Positions 25,916 through 36,555 are shown, numbered from the stretch's first letter. The stretch: 64,000 nt of DNA from an uncultured Eubacteriales bacterium (GCA_934373635.1 CAKROZ010000003.1:76058-140057), one strand, 5' to 3'. Notes: generated by a model from the sequence alone, not told the origin. Translations and numbers: made by a program.

Positions 25916-27322
25916 CTATGCGAGAAATGCGAGAAATGCCTCATAGGTCGAATAGACGTCGCCCTTGGAGACGACCTCATAGGGGGCGTGCATGGAGATC
26001 ACGGGGACGCCGAGGTCGACCGTGGCGATGTTGTGCTTCGAGATATACATGGCGACCGTTCCGCCGCCGCCCGCGTCCACCTTTCCGAGCTCTGCCGTCT
26101 GCCAGATAACGCCGTGCTCGGCAAAGAGACGGCGGATAAAGCCGACGTACTCGGCGGAGGCGTCGTTGGTCCCCGACTTTCCTCTCGCGCCCGTGAATTT
26201 GCTCATCGCGGTACCGCAGGAGACGATCGCGCTGTTGCGCTTCTCGTACACGTCGGCGAAGTTCGGGTCGTAGGCGGCGGTCACGTCGGCGGACAGGCAC
26301 ATCGAATGTGCGCGAACCACGACGGGATTCTTACCGAGCGAGCGGGAAAGTTCTTCCATGATGTCGACGAGGACATCCGACTGCATTCCCGTCATGCCTA
26401 CCGAGCCGATCTCTTCCTTATCCGCGAGAATGACCATTACGGTATGCTTTTTGTCATCGCTGTCGAGCAGTGCGGTGACGGCGGGATAGGAGCAAACTCT
26501 GTCGTCGTGTCCGTAAGCGGCGATCAGGGCGCGGTCAAAGCCGACGTCCTTCGCGCGGAAGGCGGGAACCAGCGAAAGCTCCGCGCTGATGAAGTCCTCC
26601 TCCGTGACGCCGTACTTCTCGTTCAGAAGCGAGAGGGCGGTCAGCTTGATCTTATCGGTCACATCGGGATCGTCGTACGGAAGACCGCCGATGAGGATAT
26701 TCAGCGTTTCGCCCGCGATGGCGGAACCGAGAGGCTCGGTGCACTGCTTCGCACCGAGGTGGGGCAGCAGGTCGTTGATATAGAAGATAGGGTCACCCTC
26801 GTCCTCTCCAACCGAGACCCTGACACATTCACCGTCGGCGCGCACCATGACGCCGTGAAGGGCGAGCGGGATCGCCGTCCACTGATACTTTTTGATACCG
26901 CCGTAATAGTGGGTCTTCATAAAGCCCATGCCGGCATCTTCATAGAGGGGCACCTGCTTCAAGTCGATGCGGGGAGAGTCGATGTGCGCGGCGATGATGC
27001 GGACGCCGTCCGACTCGAGATCGTTTTCTCCGACGTGGAGGAAGACGACGCTCTTTCCGCCGTTGTTATAATATTTTCTGTCGCCGACCTTCAGCGTATC
27101 GCCGAGGCGGTATTCGGTATAGCCCTTCTTCTCTGCCATGGCGATCGCCGTTTCGGTCGCTTCACGCTCGGTCTTCGCTTTGTCGAGGAACGCCTTATAG
27201 CCTTCGGCATACTCGTACATGGTACGGATGCGGGCGGCGTCCGCCTCTTCATATACGTTTTTCTTTTTGTAAGAGAGCGCTTCGAGCATTTCCTGCCCGC
27301 GGCTCTTTTTCTTGTCTTCCAT
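25916..27322 (-). CDS. M18-family aminopeptidase
   Basis: 468 aa. Sequence includes IIAAHIDSPRIDLK, DKEEIGS and the C-terminal GVPVISMHAPYE pattern. Confidence 0.8.
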   Translation of the reverse strand: MEDKKKSRGQEMLEALSYKKKNVYEEADAARIRTMYEYAEGYKAFLDKAKTEREATETAIAMAEKKGYTEYRLGDTLKVGDRKYYNNGGKSVVFLHVGENDLESDGVRIIAAHIDSPRIDLKQVPLYEDAGMGFMKTHYYGGIKKYQWTAIPLALHGVMVRADGECVRVSVGEDEGDPIFYINDLLPHLGAKQCTEPLGSAIAGETLNILIGGLPYDDPDVTDKIKLTALSLLNEKYGVTEEDFISAELSLVPAFRAKDVGFDRALIAAYGHDDRVCSYPAVTALLDSDDKKHTVMVILADKEEIGSVGMTGMQSDVLVDIMEELSRSLGKNPVVVRAHSMCLSADVTAAYDPNFADVYEKRNSAIVSCGTAMSKFTGARGKSGTNDASAEYVGFIRRLFAEHGVIWQTAELGKVDAGGGGTVAMYISKHNIATVDLGVPVISMHAPYEVVSKGDVYSTYEAFLAFLA

Positions 27323-27344
27323 GGGGTTCTCCTTTTCTTATTTC

Positions 27345-27953
27345 TTATTTTTCTTCGAGAATTTTCCGCACGATACGTCCCGCCGCCTCGGCAAGCTCTT
27401 CGGTATCGCCGTTGTTGATAATGTGATAATCGGAATGAGAGATCAGATAGTTATCCGAAAACTGCGTTGCGAAGCGGAGGCGCGCCGTCTCGCGATCGAT
27501 GCCGTCACGCACGACGATGCGGGACAGACGGACGTTTTCGTCCGCGCTGACGCATACGACGGTATTACATTCCGCGTCAAAGCCCGACTCGAAAAGCAAC
27601 GGGGCGTCGAAGAGGACTGCGAAGGTTCCCTTCTTCTCCTCTTCCGCAATTCTGCGTCTGACCTCTTCGAGTATGTAGCGATGAGCGACGGCATTCAGTT
27701 TTTTCCGCCGTTCCTCCGCCCCTTCGCCCGAAAAGACGAGCTCCGCCGTCTTCGCACGATCGAGCGCGCCCTCCGGTGTCAGAACCTCCGAGCCGAGCGC
27801 CTCCGCGATCTCCTTCGTACACGGAGAGGCGTGCGAGATCATTTCATGATAAATGGCATCCGCGTCAAGCACGGGAATCCCCGCCGCCGAAAAAATCGCC
27901 GCCACGGTACTCTTCCCGCTCCCGCTTCCGCCGCAAAGACCAATGATCTTCAT
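27345..27953 (-). CDS. coaE: dephospho-CoA kinase
   Basis: Translation from the ATG at 27953 starts MKIIGLCGGSGSGKST (P-loop). The 202-aa length is typical. Confidence 0.9.
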   Translation of the reverse strand: MKIIGLCGGSGSGKSTVAAIFSAAGIPVLDADAIYHEMISHASPCTKEIAEALGSEVLTPEGALDRAKTAELVFSGEGAEERRKKLNAVAHRYILEEVRRRIAEEEKKGTFAVLFDAPLLFESGFDAECNTVVCVSADENVRLSRIVVRDGIDRETARLRFATQFSDNYLISHSDYHIINNGDTEELAEAAGRIVRKILEEK

Positions 27954-28122
27954 ATACAAATCCTGCTTTCGTTTTGTTGCCTTTGCCGTTTTCACGGTGG
28001 ATGGAATAAAATTTACCATAATATTATACAATAATTTTTATCCCTTTGTCAAGAATTTTCCTGTCATTTCTCGCAAAACGACATATAATTTAATGAAAAC
28101 CATTCAAAACGGGAGGAACCTC

Positions 28123-29160
28123 ATGCAAAGAGAGGACGGCATCGCCACAAAACGGCGGTATTTTGCCGCAGCAAACGGCATTTTCGGATTTCGGAATTAT
28201 TTTTCGCGCGTATTCGATTCTTCCGCGTATCGACGTATTTTTGTTCTGAAGGGCGGTCCCGGAACGGGAAAAAGCAGTCTGATGAAAAAGATCACGCGGG
28301 CGTTCCCCGACGGGGCGTATCGGACGGAGGCGATCTTCTGTTCCTCCGACCCCGATTCTCTCGACGGTGTGATCGTCGAAGGCGTGGGCGGGAGGGTCGC
28401 CGTGCTCGACGGTACGGCTCCGCACGAGAGGGACGCGGTGATCCCGGGGGCGATCGATGAGCTCGTCAACCTCGGCGACGCGTGGGATGCGGGCGTTCTC
28501 GAGACGCAGCGCGAAGAAATTCTCGCGCTCACGAAAAAGAAGAGCGCGTGCTATGCGGACGCGTATCGTTATCTTGCGGCTTTCGGAAAAACAATAGAAT
28601 ATTCTTCGGCAGAAAGTGAAAATTGCAGGCTCGGAGATCTGCGAAAAAAGATCCGCTCGCTTCTTTTTGACTGTCGGGGAGAGGGTGGCGGGACGTCGTG
28701 TCGGCTGATCCGCGGCTTCGGTTGCCGGGGTGAGGTATTGCTCCCGACCTTCCGAGTGCTGTCGGAGAGGGCTTATCTGCTTCGCGGGTCGACCCCGCAC
28801 AAGGCGCGCGTGCTCGCCGAGATGCTCCGCGTTTTCGAAGAGGACGGGATCCCTGCCGTCGTCGCGCCTTCCCCGCTCGACCCGAGGCTTCTCGACGGGA
28901 TTCTCGCACAGACGGAGGGGATCTCCTTTTCGGCGGTGGGAGAGGACGGAATTCCGTTCGATGCCGACGAATTCTTCGCGGAAAGAACGTGTGAGCGCGA
29001 GGGAGAGCTTTCCCTTCTCACGCTCGCGAAGGAAAGCTTCGCCTCGGCGTCGGAATTCCATTTTGCCTTGGAGGACATTTACAAAGAGGCGATGGATTTT
29101 CGCGTGATCGACGAAAAGACCGAAAAAATTCTCGAACGGATCGGGAGTCTGATCGGTTAA
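28123..29160 (+). CDS. P-loop NTPase of unknown function (PRK06851-like)
   Basis: The ATG at 28123 follows GGGAGGA. Sequence includes RYFAAANG..F, LKGGPGTGKSSLMKKI, CSSDPDSLDGV and DGTAPHE, a pattern I recall for the PRK06851 family of Firmicutes. Confidence 0.65.
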   Translation: MQREDGIATKRRYFAAANGIFGFRNYFSRVFDSSAYRRIFVLKGGPGTGKSSLMKKITRAFPDGAYRTEAIFCSSDPDSLDGVIVEGVGGRVAVLDGTAPHERDAVIPGAIDELVNLGDAWDAGVLETQREEILALTKKKSACYADAYRYLAAFGKTIEYSSAESENCRLGDLRKKIRSLLFDCRGEGGGTSCRLIRGFGCRGEVLLPTFRVLSERAYLLRGSTPHKARVLAEMLRVFEEDGIPAVVAPSPLDPRLLDGILAQTEGISFSAVGEDGIPFDADEFFAERTCEREGELSLLTLAKESFASASEFHFALEDIYKEAMDFRVIDEKTEKILERIGSLIG

Positions 29161-29272
29161 AAAGGCGAAAATGCTGCCCCGATCCCGGAGATTTCTCCGA
29201 AATCGGGGCAGGCCATTGACTTTTCATAAAATCTATGGTAGAATATCGAAGAGACAAAAAGGCTTGTCTCTT

Positions 29273-30481
29273 TTATCCGAGGCTCTTCACGAGTCGTTCG
29301 GTGTCCTCGGCAATGACGAGCTCCTCGTTCGTCGGTATCATATAGACGGCGACGCGGGAGTCCTCTGCCGAAAGCTTAACGGGAGTCGCACTGTGACCGA
29401 AGTCGTTTTTCGCGGGATCGAGTCGGATACCGAGGAATTCGAGCCCTTCGAGCGCATGCGCGCGGATATAGGGGGTATGCTCTCCGATACCGGCGGTAAA
29501 GATAACGGCATCGAGTCCGCCCATTGCGGCGGCGTAAGAGCCGATGTACTTTTTCAGCTGATAGCAGAGCATATCGAAGGCGAGCTTCGCACGTTCGTTC
29601 CCCTCCTTCATGGCACGCTCCACGTCACGGGAATCCGAGCCGACGCCGCTGATACCGAGGAAGCCGCAGGATTTATTCATGTAGGTATCCATCTCGGCGG
29701 TGGTATATCCCTTCTTCTCCATCAGGAACGGGACGATGGCAGGGTCGATGGAGCCGCAACGCGTGCCCATCAGAACGCCGTCAAGCGGAGTGAAACCCAT
29801 CGAAGTATCGATGCACCGTCCGTCCTTCACGGCACTGACGGACGAGCCGTTGCCGATATGGCAGGTCACGAGCTTCGTGCCCTCGGCGTCGCGTCCGAGC
29901 AATTTCAGAGCCTCTCGTGCGACATAGCGGTGCGACGTACCGTGTGCGCCGTAGCGGCGGATTCCGTATTCTTCATAGACGTCATAGGAAACGCCGTACA
30001 TAAAGGCTTCCTTCGGCATGGTCTGGTGGAAGGCGGTATCGAACACGAGCACCTCGGGGACGTTCGGCAGTGCTTCGAGACAGCCGTAAATGCCCATCAG
30101 GTGCGCGCCCGTATGCAAGGGGGCGTATGCTCTGCACTTTTCGAGCGTGCGGATCACCTCGTCGGTGACGAGGACCGACTCGCTGAAATAGGGTCCGCCG
30201 TGCACGACGCGATGCCCGACGGCACCGATCTCATCGATGGAGGAAAGGCAGCCGAGCTCGGGGTCGACGAGTGTCGAAGCGACGAGACGGATTGCCGCGG
30301 CGTGATCCTTCATCGGAACTTCCTTCTCACACGACTTCCCTTCCGCCGTCTTATGAAGCAGGCGGGAATGATCGATGCCGATGCGCTCGCAGTTACCTTT
30401 GGCGAGTACGTCGCGGGTCTCGGTGTCGAACAGCTGATATTTTAAGGAGCTCGACCCCGCGTTTACAACAAGAACTTTCAT
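29273..30481 (-). CDS. ackA: acetate kinase
   Basis: Translation starts MKVLVVNAGSSSLKYQLF and contains VGHRVVHGG and FDTAFHQTMP. Confidence 0.95.
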   Translation of the reverse strand: MKVLVVNAGSSSLKYQLFDTETRDVLAKGNCERIGIDHSRLLHKTAEGKSCEKEVPMKDHAAAIRLVASTLVDPELGCLSSIDEIGAVGHRVVHGGPYFSESVLVTDEVIRTLEKCRAYAPLHTGAHLMGIYGCLEALPNVPEVLVFDTAFHQTMPKEAFMYGVSYDVYEEYGIRRYGAHGTSHRYVAREALKLLGRDAEGTKLVTCHIGNGSSVSAVKDGRCIDTSMGFTPLDGVLMGTRCGSIDPAIVPFLMEKKGYTTAEMDTYMNKSCGFLGISGVGSDSRDVERAMKEGNERAKLAFDMLCYQLKKYIGSYAAAMGGLDAVIFTAGIGEHTPYIRAHALEGLEFLGIRLDPAKNDFGHSATPVKLSAEDSRVAVYMIPTNEELVIAEDTERLVKSLG

Positions 30482-30614
30482 TTTGTATCTCCGTTCTGAC
30501 GCGCTCCGCAAGAATTCCCCGATCGGGATTCTGCCGCGCGTCGGTTGATCGTATTTATTATACACCCGTTTTCCCCGCTATGCAAGAACTTTTTACCAAA
30601 AAGGAACAGAGAAG

Positions 30615-31826
30615 ATGAAAAATGTCGCCATCGTCGCGGAGTACAATCCCTTTCATACGGGACACGCGTACCACATTCGGAAGATCCGCGAAGAATTCGG
30701 CGAGGATGCGACGATCATCGCACTGATGAGCGGGACGTTCGTGCAACGGGGCGACATTGCCATTGCGGACAAGTGGGTGCGTGCCGAAGCCGCCGTGCGC
30801 GGCGGAGTCGATCTCGTGCTCGAGCTTCCCTTTCCCTATTCCGCCGCGGGGGCGGAGTTTTACGCGGATGCCGCCGTCTCTCTTCTTCTGTCCGTCGGAG
30901 GGATCGATGTGCTTTCCTTCGGCTCGGAGTCGGGCGACCTCGACACACTGACCCGCATTGCCTCTCGTATGCAAACAATGGAATACAAAAGCGCGCTCTT
31001 ATCGGCGCTCAAGGAAAAGAGCCCGAGCGGCTATCCCGAAACGGCGGAGGCGGTCTATCGTTCCCTCTATCCGAACGACCGGACGGAGAATTTCTTTCGT
31101 CCGAATAACATTCTCGCGGCGGAATACCTGAAAGCGCTCTCGAAAAGAGGTGCGTCCGTGCTTCCCCACACCGTTAAACGGGCGGGAGCGGACTACACGG
31201 CGACGACACTTACCCCGGGGGTACATCCGAGTGCGACGGCACTGCGGGCACTTTTGCGTTCGAATGACCGGACGGCACTCGAGCTTATGCCTCGGGAGAG
31301 CGCCGACGTCTACCGCGCGGCACTGCTTCGCGGGGAATGTCCCGCGGATGCGGAGCGTTTGTCCCCCGCGATTCTTTCTTTCTTTCGGTTAAACCCCACC
31401 CCGACCGTCTCGGATATCCGCGACGCGACGGGCGGTTTATATACCCGCCTCGCGAAAAAAAGCCGCGAGGCAACCGGCATCACATCTCTTGCGTCCCTTT
31501 CGGAAACCAAAAAGTACACCAATGCGCGAATCCGGCGTGCCATGTGGTTTTCCTTCTTCGGCGTTACCTCCCCCGAAGTATCGAAAGCCCCTGCCTATAC
31601 GCAGGTACTCGCATTGAACGGGCGCGGACAATCCTTCCTGAAAAACGCAAAACGCAAAGCAGACATCCCGATTCTGACCAAGCCCTCCGCCATAGACGCA
31701 CTGCCTCCCGAAGCCATTCCCGGGAAGCGGCGCGCGGACGCGGCGGACGAGGTTGCGGAGCTCGCGATGCCGAAGCCGAGAGCGGCGACCGCTCTTCTTC
31801 GGCATACGCCGTTTGTTCTGAAATAG
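30615..31826 (+). CDS. tmcAL: tRNA(Met) cytidine acetate ligase (YlbM/DUF795 nucleotidyltransferase)
   Basis: 403 aa. The N-terminus AIVAEYNPFHTGHAYHI is characteristic. Confidence 0.8.
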   Translation: MKNVAIVAEYNPFHTGHAYHIRKIREEFGEDATIIALMSGTFVQRGDIAIADKWVRAEAAVRGGVDLVLELPFPYSAAGAEFYADAAVSLLLSVGGIDVLSFGSESGDLDTLTRIASRMQTMEYKSALLSALKEKSPSGYPETAEAVYRSLYPNDRTENFFRPNNILAAEYLKALSKRGASVLPHTVKRAGADYTATTLTPGVHPSATALRALLRSNDRTALELMPRESADVYRAALLRGECPADAERLSPAILSFFRLNPTPTVSDIRDATGGLYTRLAKKSREATGITSLASLSETKKYTNARIRRAMWFSFFGVTSPEVSKAPAYTQVLALNGRGQSFLKNAKRKADIPILTKPSAIDALPPEAIPGKRRADAADEVAELAMPKPRAATALLRHTPFVLK

Positions 31827-31962
31827 CGATTTTTGCGGAATCTTCACGGCGTCTCTTTTTGTCGAAGCACTTTACAACGGAAAAAGGGTCTGCTATGATA
31901 GTTACGGAAGGTGGACATGCCGCCGACATTTTCCAAATCTCAACGGAAAGGAGACTTTACAC

Positions 31963-32244
31963 ATGCTGAATGCAGATGGCATCAAGGGCGGTTTTCTCGA
32001 ATATAAGGGAAGACCCCTCGTTCGACAGGAAAAGGATATCTACTACGGAGACCTCGCGGAAAATTATCACGTACATATGATGATCATGACCGAGCGCGAC
32101 TCCGGGAACGGGGACGAAATTCCCGACAAAATCGTGGTTCAGCTTCTGCGCCGCGACGGTTCGCCCGAGAAGCAATCGCTCTCGAACGGGCTCGCCGACG
32201 CGCTGGAGACCGCGGAAGCATGGCTCGACCGCTACAATAAGTAA
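31963..32244 (+). CDS. hypothetical 93-aa protein
   Basis: The ATG is preceded by AAAGGAGA. Composition looks coding. No family recognised. Confidence 0.5.
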   Translation: MLNADGIKGGFLEYKGRPLVRQEKDIYYGDLAENYHVHMMIMTERDSGNGDEIPDKIVVQLLRRDGSPEKQSLSNGLADALETAEAWLDRYNK

Positions 32245-32339
32245 GCGGAGCGCCGAAACGGGCATATCCGAAGGAGGGTATGCCGGGAGGTAACCCCCTC
32301 GGGGGGTACGGACTTGCAAAAAAGAAAGGAATGGCAAAC

Positions 32340-33455
32340 ATGAAAGCGACAAAAAGCGGCAATCTCTACCGTGTGATTGTCCTCATCCTCGTCGCCACCG
32401 TCCTTGTATGTGCCGTAGGCTTTGCGGCGGACGGTTGGCACAAATCTCCTGCACCGGACAGCGGAAAAACCGAAGAAAATAACGGTAATACCGATGAAAA
32501 TACAGACGGCGGCAAGACGGGCGACTCTCCGAACAACGAAAAGGAGGAACCCGTCATTTATATTCCCAAATTTATCGATGCGCTCACGGGGCTCGAGACC
32601 TCGGAGACACTCGCAAAGACGCGTCACCTCGCCTTCGTCACGGAAAACACACAATATCTTTACGGAATGTCGAGCGCGTCCCTTGTGATGGAATTCCCCT
32701 ATGAGGGGGGCGGGACACGCTATCTCGTCTATCAGAATCATCCCGAGGTGCTCGGAAAGATCGGTGCACTTGGTCCGTCGCGCGGCTACATGACCTCGCT
32801 CGTGAATTCCTTCGACGGAATTCCCGTCACGGTCGGCTCCGACGACCCGAAGAATGTCAAGAGCGCCGAGACGATCCCGACGCTCGACCTCTCCCGCTCC
32901 GACTCGTTCGCGTATACCGAGAACACGGTCTTTCATTATACGAACGGGGATCTGATCTCGGCGGCGCTCGCGTCATCGGGCATTTCCACCGTGCGGGGGG
33001 AGGACAGCGTACTTCCCTATGACTTTTACGAGTTCGGCAAGGAACCCGTCCCGAGCGGAAAGTCCGCTACGACCGTCCTTCTTCCCTACTCGCAATCCAA
33101 CGAGACGGAGCTTTACTACAACGCGGAAGCGGGGACCTACTGCTACTCGAAATGCGGCAATCGGAAGATCGACACTCTGAACGGTAAGAACATCACGTTC
33201 AAGAACGTGTTCCTGCTCTTCGCCGATGCCACGACCTACGAAAAGGCGGACGGCGTGACAACCGTGCTCGATACCGCCACATCGGGGAGCGGCTACTACA
33301 TCTCTAACGGAAAACTCGTCGATTTCACATGGAAGGTGACGGACGGAAGGATGGTATTTACCGGAACGGACGGAAACCGTCTCACGGTTGCCCGCGGGAA
33401 CACCTACCTCTCCTTCTTCAAGTCTTCCATGAAAAGATCCATTACCATTCAATAA
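32340..33455 (+). CDS. DUF3048-like secreted or anchored protein (YerB-like)
   Basis: It has an N-terminal membrane anchor, a low-complexity linker and a core with VMEFPYEGGGTRYLVY typical of DUF3048. The start could instead be 32331. Confidence 0.65.
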   Translation: MKATKSGNLYRVIVLILVATVLVCAVGFAADGWHKSPAPDSGKTEENNGNTDENTDGGKTGDSPNNEKEEPVIYIPKFIDALTGLETSETLAKTRHLAFVTENTQYLYGMSSASLVMEFPYEGGGTRYLVYQNHPEVLGKIGALGPSRGYMTSLVNSFDGIPVTVGSDDPKNVKSAETIPTLDLSRSDSFAYTENTVFHYTNGDLISAALASSGISTVRGEDSVLPYDFYEFGKEPVPSGKSATTVLLPYSQSNETELYYNAEAGTYCYSKCGNRKIDTLNGKNITFKNVFLLFADATTYEKADGVTTVLDTATSGSGYYISNGKLVDFTWKVTDGRMVFTGTDGNRLTVARGNTYLSFFKSSMKRSITIQ

Positions 33456-33464
33456 GCTATTTTT

Positions 33465-33497
33465 TCGGGGCGATTTTCATTCTGCCCCGATTTTTTT
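33465..33497 (+). terminator. intrinsic terminator
   Basis: Hairpin TCGGGGC-12 nt-GCCCCGA followed by T7. Confidence 0.6.
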
Positions 33498-33568
33498 ATT
33501 TTCTTTGAATATTTTTTCATATTGCGGGAACACTCTCGGAAGAAAACGAAAAAGAAAGGCTCTTCGAT

Positions 33569-34159
33569 ATGAAAAAGAATATTCTGCTTCCGATCCTCGC
33601 GATCTTAGCCGCGACACTGCTGCTCGCCGTCATGCCGACGGAGGCGGACGCCGCCATCTACACCGACACGATCCGCCTGCATGTGCTCGCAAACTCGGAT
33701 AGCGAGGAAGACCAAAAAACAAAGCTCGCGGTGCGGGACGATCTGCTTCTTACATACGCGGAGGTGCTCGGTGCCTCCCGAAGCATGGAAGAAGCGGAAG
33801 AGACGGTGCGCTCCCTCCTCCCCGCCATGCGCGAACATGTGAACGGCTTTCTCGCGGCGCGGGGCGCGGATTACGGAGCCGAGATCACCTTTTCGGTGGA
33901 ATGGTACGACACGCGGGTCTACGAATCCTTTACTCTGCCGTCGGGATATTATCCTTCCCTGCGCGTCCTGCTCGGTCGGGCGGACGGAAAAAACTGGTGG
34001 TGCGTAATGTTCCCGCCCCTCTGTCTCGACATGGCGACCGAGGATGCCCCCGCGGACGACGGGCTCGGCGCGTACAGCGAGAGCGAGCGCCGTCTGATCT
34101 CGGGCGAATATCAGGTTCGCTTCAAGCTACTCGAGGTCATCTCGGGCGCGTTCCGATAA
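33569..34159 (+). CDS. spoIIR: stage II sporulation protein R
   Basis: 196 aa. It has a signal anchor, IRLHVLANSDSEEDQ and NWWCVMFPPLC motifs. Confidence 0.85.
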   Translation: MKKNILLPILAILAATLLLAVMPTEADAAIYTDTIRLHVLANSDSEEDQKTKLAVRDDLLLTYAEVLGASRSMEEAEETVRSLLPAMREHVNGFLAARGADYGAEITFSVEWYDTRVYESFTLPSGYYPSLRVLLGRADGKNWWCVMFPPLCLDMATEDAPADDGLGAYSESERRLISGEYQVRFKLLEVISGAFR

Positions 34160-34234
34160 AAAGTGCGAAAACCCGTTGCATTTTTCCGCATCTTATGGTA
34201 TGATAAGTAGGAAAGACGAAACGGAGGGCACGGT

Positions 34235-34717
34235 ATGCAGACAAAGAAAACGGACGGTCGGGTGATTGCGGAAAACCGCAAGGCACGGCACGATTATTTC
34301 GTCGACGAAGTATATGAGGCGGGCGTGGCTCTCTACGGTACGGAGGTCAAGTCGATCCGGGCGGGCGCCGTGAATCTGAAGGACTCGTACTGTGACATCC
34401 GCGACGGTGAGATGTACGCGCTCGGCGTTCATATCAGCCCTTACGAGCAGGGGAACATTTTCAACCGTGAGCCATTGCGGGAAAAGAAGCTTCTCATGCA
34501 TAAAAAGGAGATCATGAAGCTCGTGGGTCTTGTGACGCGGGAGGGCTACACGCTCGTTCCCCTTTCCCTTTACTACAAGGGGTCGCGCGTGAAGATGGCA
34601 ATCGGTCTCTGCCGCGGCAAAAAGCTATATGACAAAAGAGACGACATGGCGCGTCGGGATGCCGACCGCATGATCGAACGGCAGATGAAAGATCGACGCG
34701 GGAACGGCGAGGACTGA
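34235..34717 (+). CDS. smpB: SsrA-binding protein
   Basis: 160 aa. Sequence includes [15 protein letters not shown] and the C-terminal basic tail. Confidence 0.95.
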   Translation: MQTKKTDGRVIAENRKARHDYFVDEVYEAGVALYGTEVKSIRAGAVNLKDSYCDIRDGEMYALGVHISPYEQGNIFNREPLREKKLLMHKKEIMKLVGLVTREGYTLVPLSLYYKGSRVKMAIGLCRGKKLYDKRDDMARRDADRMIERQMKDRRGNGED

Positions 34718-34746
34718 AAAGAGGCTGTCGCATAAAAAAAGAAAAA

Positions 34747-34784
34747 AGCGGTTATTCAGCACCGAAAGGTATTGAGTAACCGCT
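34747..34784 (+). terminator. long imperfect hairpin after smpB
   Basis: AGCGGTTATTCAGCACC-gaaa-GGTATTGAGTAACCGCT followed by a T-rich sequence. Confidence 0.55.
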
Positions 34785-34974
34785 TGCTTTGTTGTATAAT
34801 TAAGTGGAACCAAAACCAAGAACAAAGCAAGGAAATTGTGGCACAATGAAGAACAAAATCAAGTAGTAATGCCATTAAATTTGAAAACTTCTGTTCTGAA
34901 AGAAAGACCATTTACGCCAGCCCAATATTAGGCTTTTTTATACAGGAAAAATGCTCATGCAACAGTACCTTTCG

Positions 34975-36555
34975 CTATTTTCCGCTATCGCCGTAATTGG
35001 AAAGTACGCGGGCGGATGGGTCTGTAACGGCACAACCTTTCCACTTTGGATTCGGAAGCCAAAACCCCGGTATCATCTCCGCCTGACCGGGATAATAAGT
35101 TTCAAAGATGTCCCGATAAAGCAGGGATTCCTTGGTATACGGGACGGCATAGGAGTATTTTCTGCACCCCGCTTCGAATTCTTCGTCCGTGTAACGTGTT
35201 TCCGCATATGCCTTCAGATCATCGACCATAGAGTGCCCCACCGCGTCGGAAAATGCGGCTTTTTCCCGCCACAAAATGTGAGGCGGCAAGAGCCCCTCCT
35301 TTTCGAAAGCATGGCGAAGAAGATACTTTCCCTTTCCGTAGGTATTCATTTTCAGTGCGGGAGAGACCGCCATTACGTAACGGACAAAATCGAGATCACC
35401 GAACGGAACACGCGCTTCGAGAGAGTTTTCCGAGATGCAACGGTCGGCGCGCAAAACATCATAGGCATGAATCTCGCGGATCCTCTTCTCGGATTCTTTC
35501 TGAAATTCCTCCGCGCTCGGTGCAAAATCGGTATATTTATAACCGAAAAGCTCATCCGAAATCTCTCCCGTCAAGAGGACGCGGATATCGGAAGTTTCAT
35601 GAATGCTCTTGCAGAGGAGATACATTCCCATGCTTGCGCGAATCGTCGTGATATCATAAGTGCCGAGAATGCGTATCACCGTCGCGAGAGAACCTATGAC
35701 ATCATCGGGTGTCATGTAGACCTCGGTGTGCTCGCTTCCGATAAAATCGGCAACATCGCGAGCGTATTTCAGATCAATCGCATCCTTTTTCATCCCGATG
35801 GCAAAGGTACGGATCGGCACTCGGCTTTTCTTCGCCGCGATTGCCGAAACAAGGGAGGAATCCAAGCCTCCGGAAAGAAGATACCCGACCTTTGCATCCG
35901 AAACAAGCCGCTTTTCTATTCCACGCGTCAATTTTTCGCGGATGTTCCGTGTGACGGTCTCGAGATCGTCCGCAAGGACATGCGTTACCCTTGATATGTC
36001 TTCGTAGCAATGAAACACACCGTCCTCAAAATAATGTCCGGGCGGAAACGGGAAAACTTTCTTGCAAAGCGGAAGGAGGCTTGACGGCTCACTTGCAAAA
36101 GCAATACTCCCGTCCGCACCGTAACCGTAATAGAGGGGGCGGATGCCGATAGGATCCCGCGCCGCCAGAAACTTCCTTTCGGTTCCGTCGTAGAGGATCA
36201 GGGCAAATTCCGCGTCGAGCATACCGAACATTCCCGTACCGTATTCGCGGTAGAGCGGAAGAAGAACCTCACAATCCGAGTTGCTACGGAAGCGATACCC
36301 CTTCTTCTCTAACGTGCGGCGCATCGCTTCAAACCCGTAAATCTCACCGTTGCAGACCAAAAAATCGTCATCAAGGGAAAAGGGTTGCATCCCCTCGGCT
36401 GTCAATCCCATAACGGAGAGGCGATGAAATCCGAGAAGTCCGTGACCGGTATCGACGATTTTTGTATCGTCGGGCCCTCGAGCCACGGTCGCATCGAAAG
36501 CACTTTCGAACAATTCACGGTCAATGCTGCCTAAATATCCCATAACGGAGCACAT
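34975..36555 (-). CDS. asnB: asparagine synthase (glutamine-hydrolysing)
   Basis: 526 aa. It has the N-terminal Met-Cys nucleophile and the PP-loop LSGGLDSS. Confidence 0.9.
   Translation of the reverse strand: MCSVMGYLGSIDRELFESAFDATVARGPDDTKIVDTGHGLLGFHRLSVMGLTAEGMQPFSLDDDFLVCNGEIYGFEAMRRTLEKKGYRFRSNSDCEVLLPLYREYGTGMFGMLDAEFALILYDGTERKFLAARDPIGIRPLYYGYGADGSIAFASEPSSLLPLCKKVFPFPPGHYFEDGVFHCYEDISRVTHVLADDLETVTRNIREKLTRGIEKRLVSDAKVGYLLSGGLDSSLVSAIAAKKSRVPIRTFAIGMKKDAIDLKYARDVADFIGSEHTEVYMTPDDVIGSLATVIRILGTYDITTIRASMGMYLLCKSIHETSDIRVLLTGEISDELFGYKYTDFAPSAEEFQKESEKRIREIHAYDVLRADRCISENSLEARVPFGDLDFVRYVMAVSPALKMNTYGKGKYLLRHAFEKEGLLPPHILWREKAAFSDAVGHSMVDDLKAYAETRYTDEEFEAGCRKYSYAVPYTKESLLYRDIFETYYPGQAEMIPGFWLPNPKWKGCAVTDPSARVLSNYGDSGK

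Noticed and set aside
34718-34974. A tmRNA (ssrA) gene expected downstream of smpB.
   Set aside because: The region has no tRNA-like acceptor/T-arm ending in CCA and no GGGG 5' end. It is low GC and too short (about 250 bp including a terminator).
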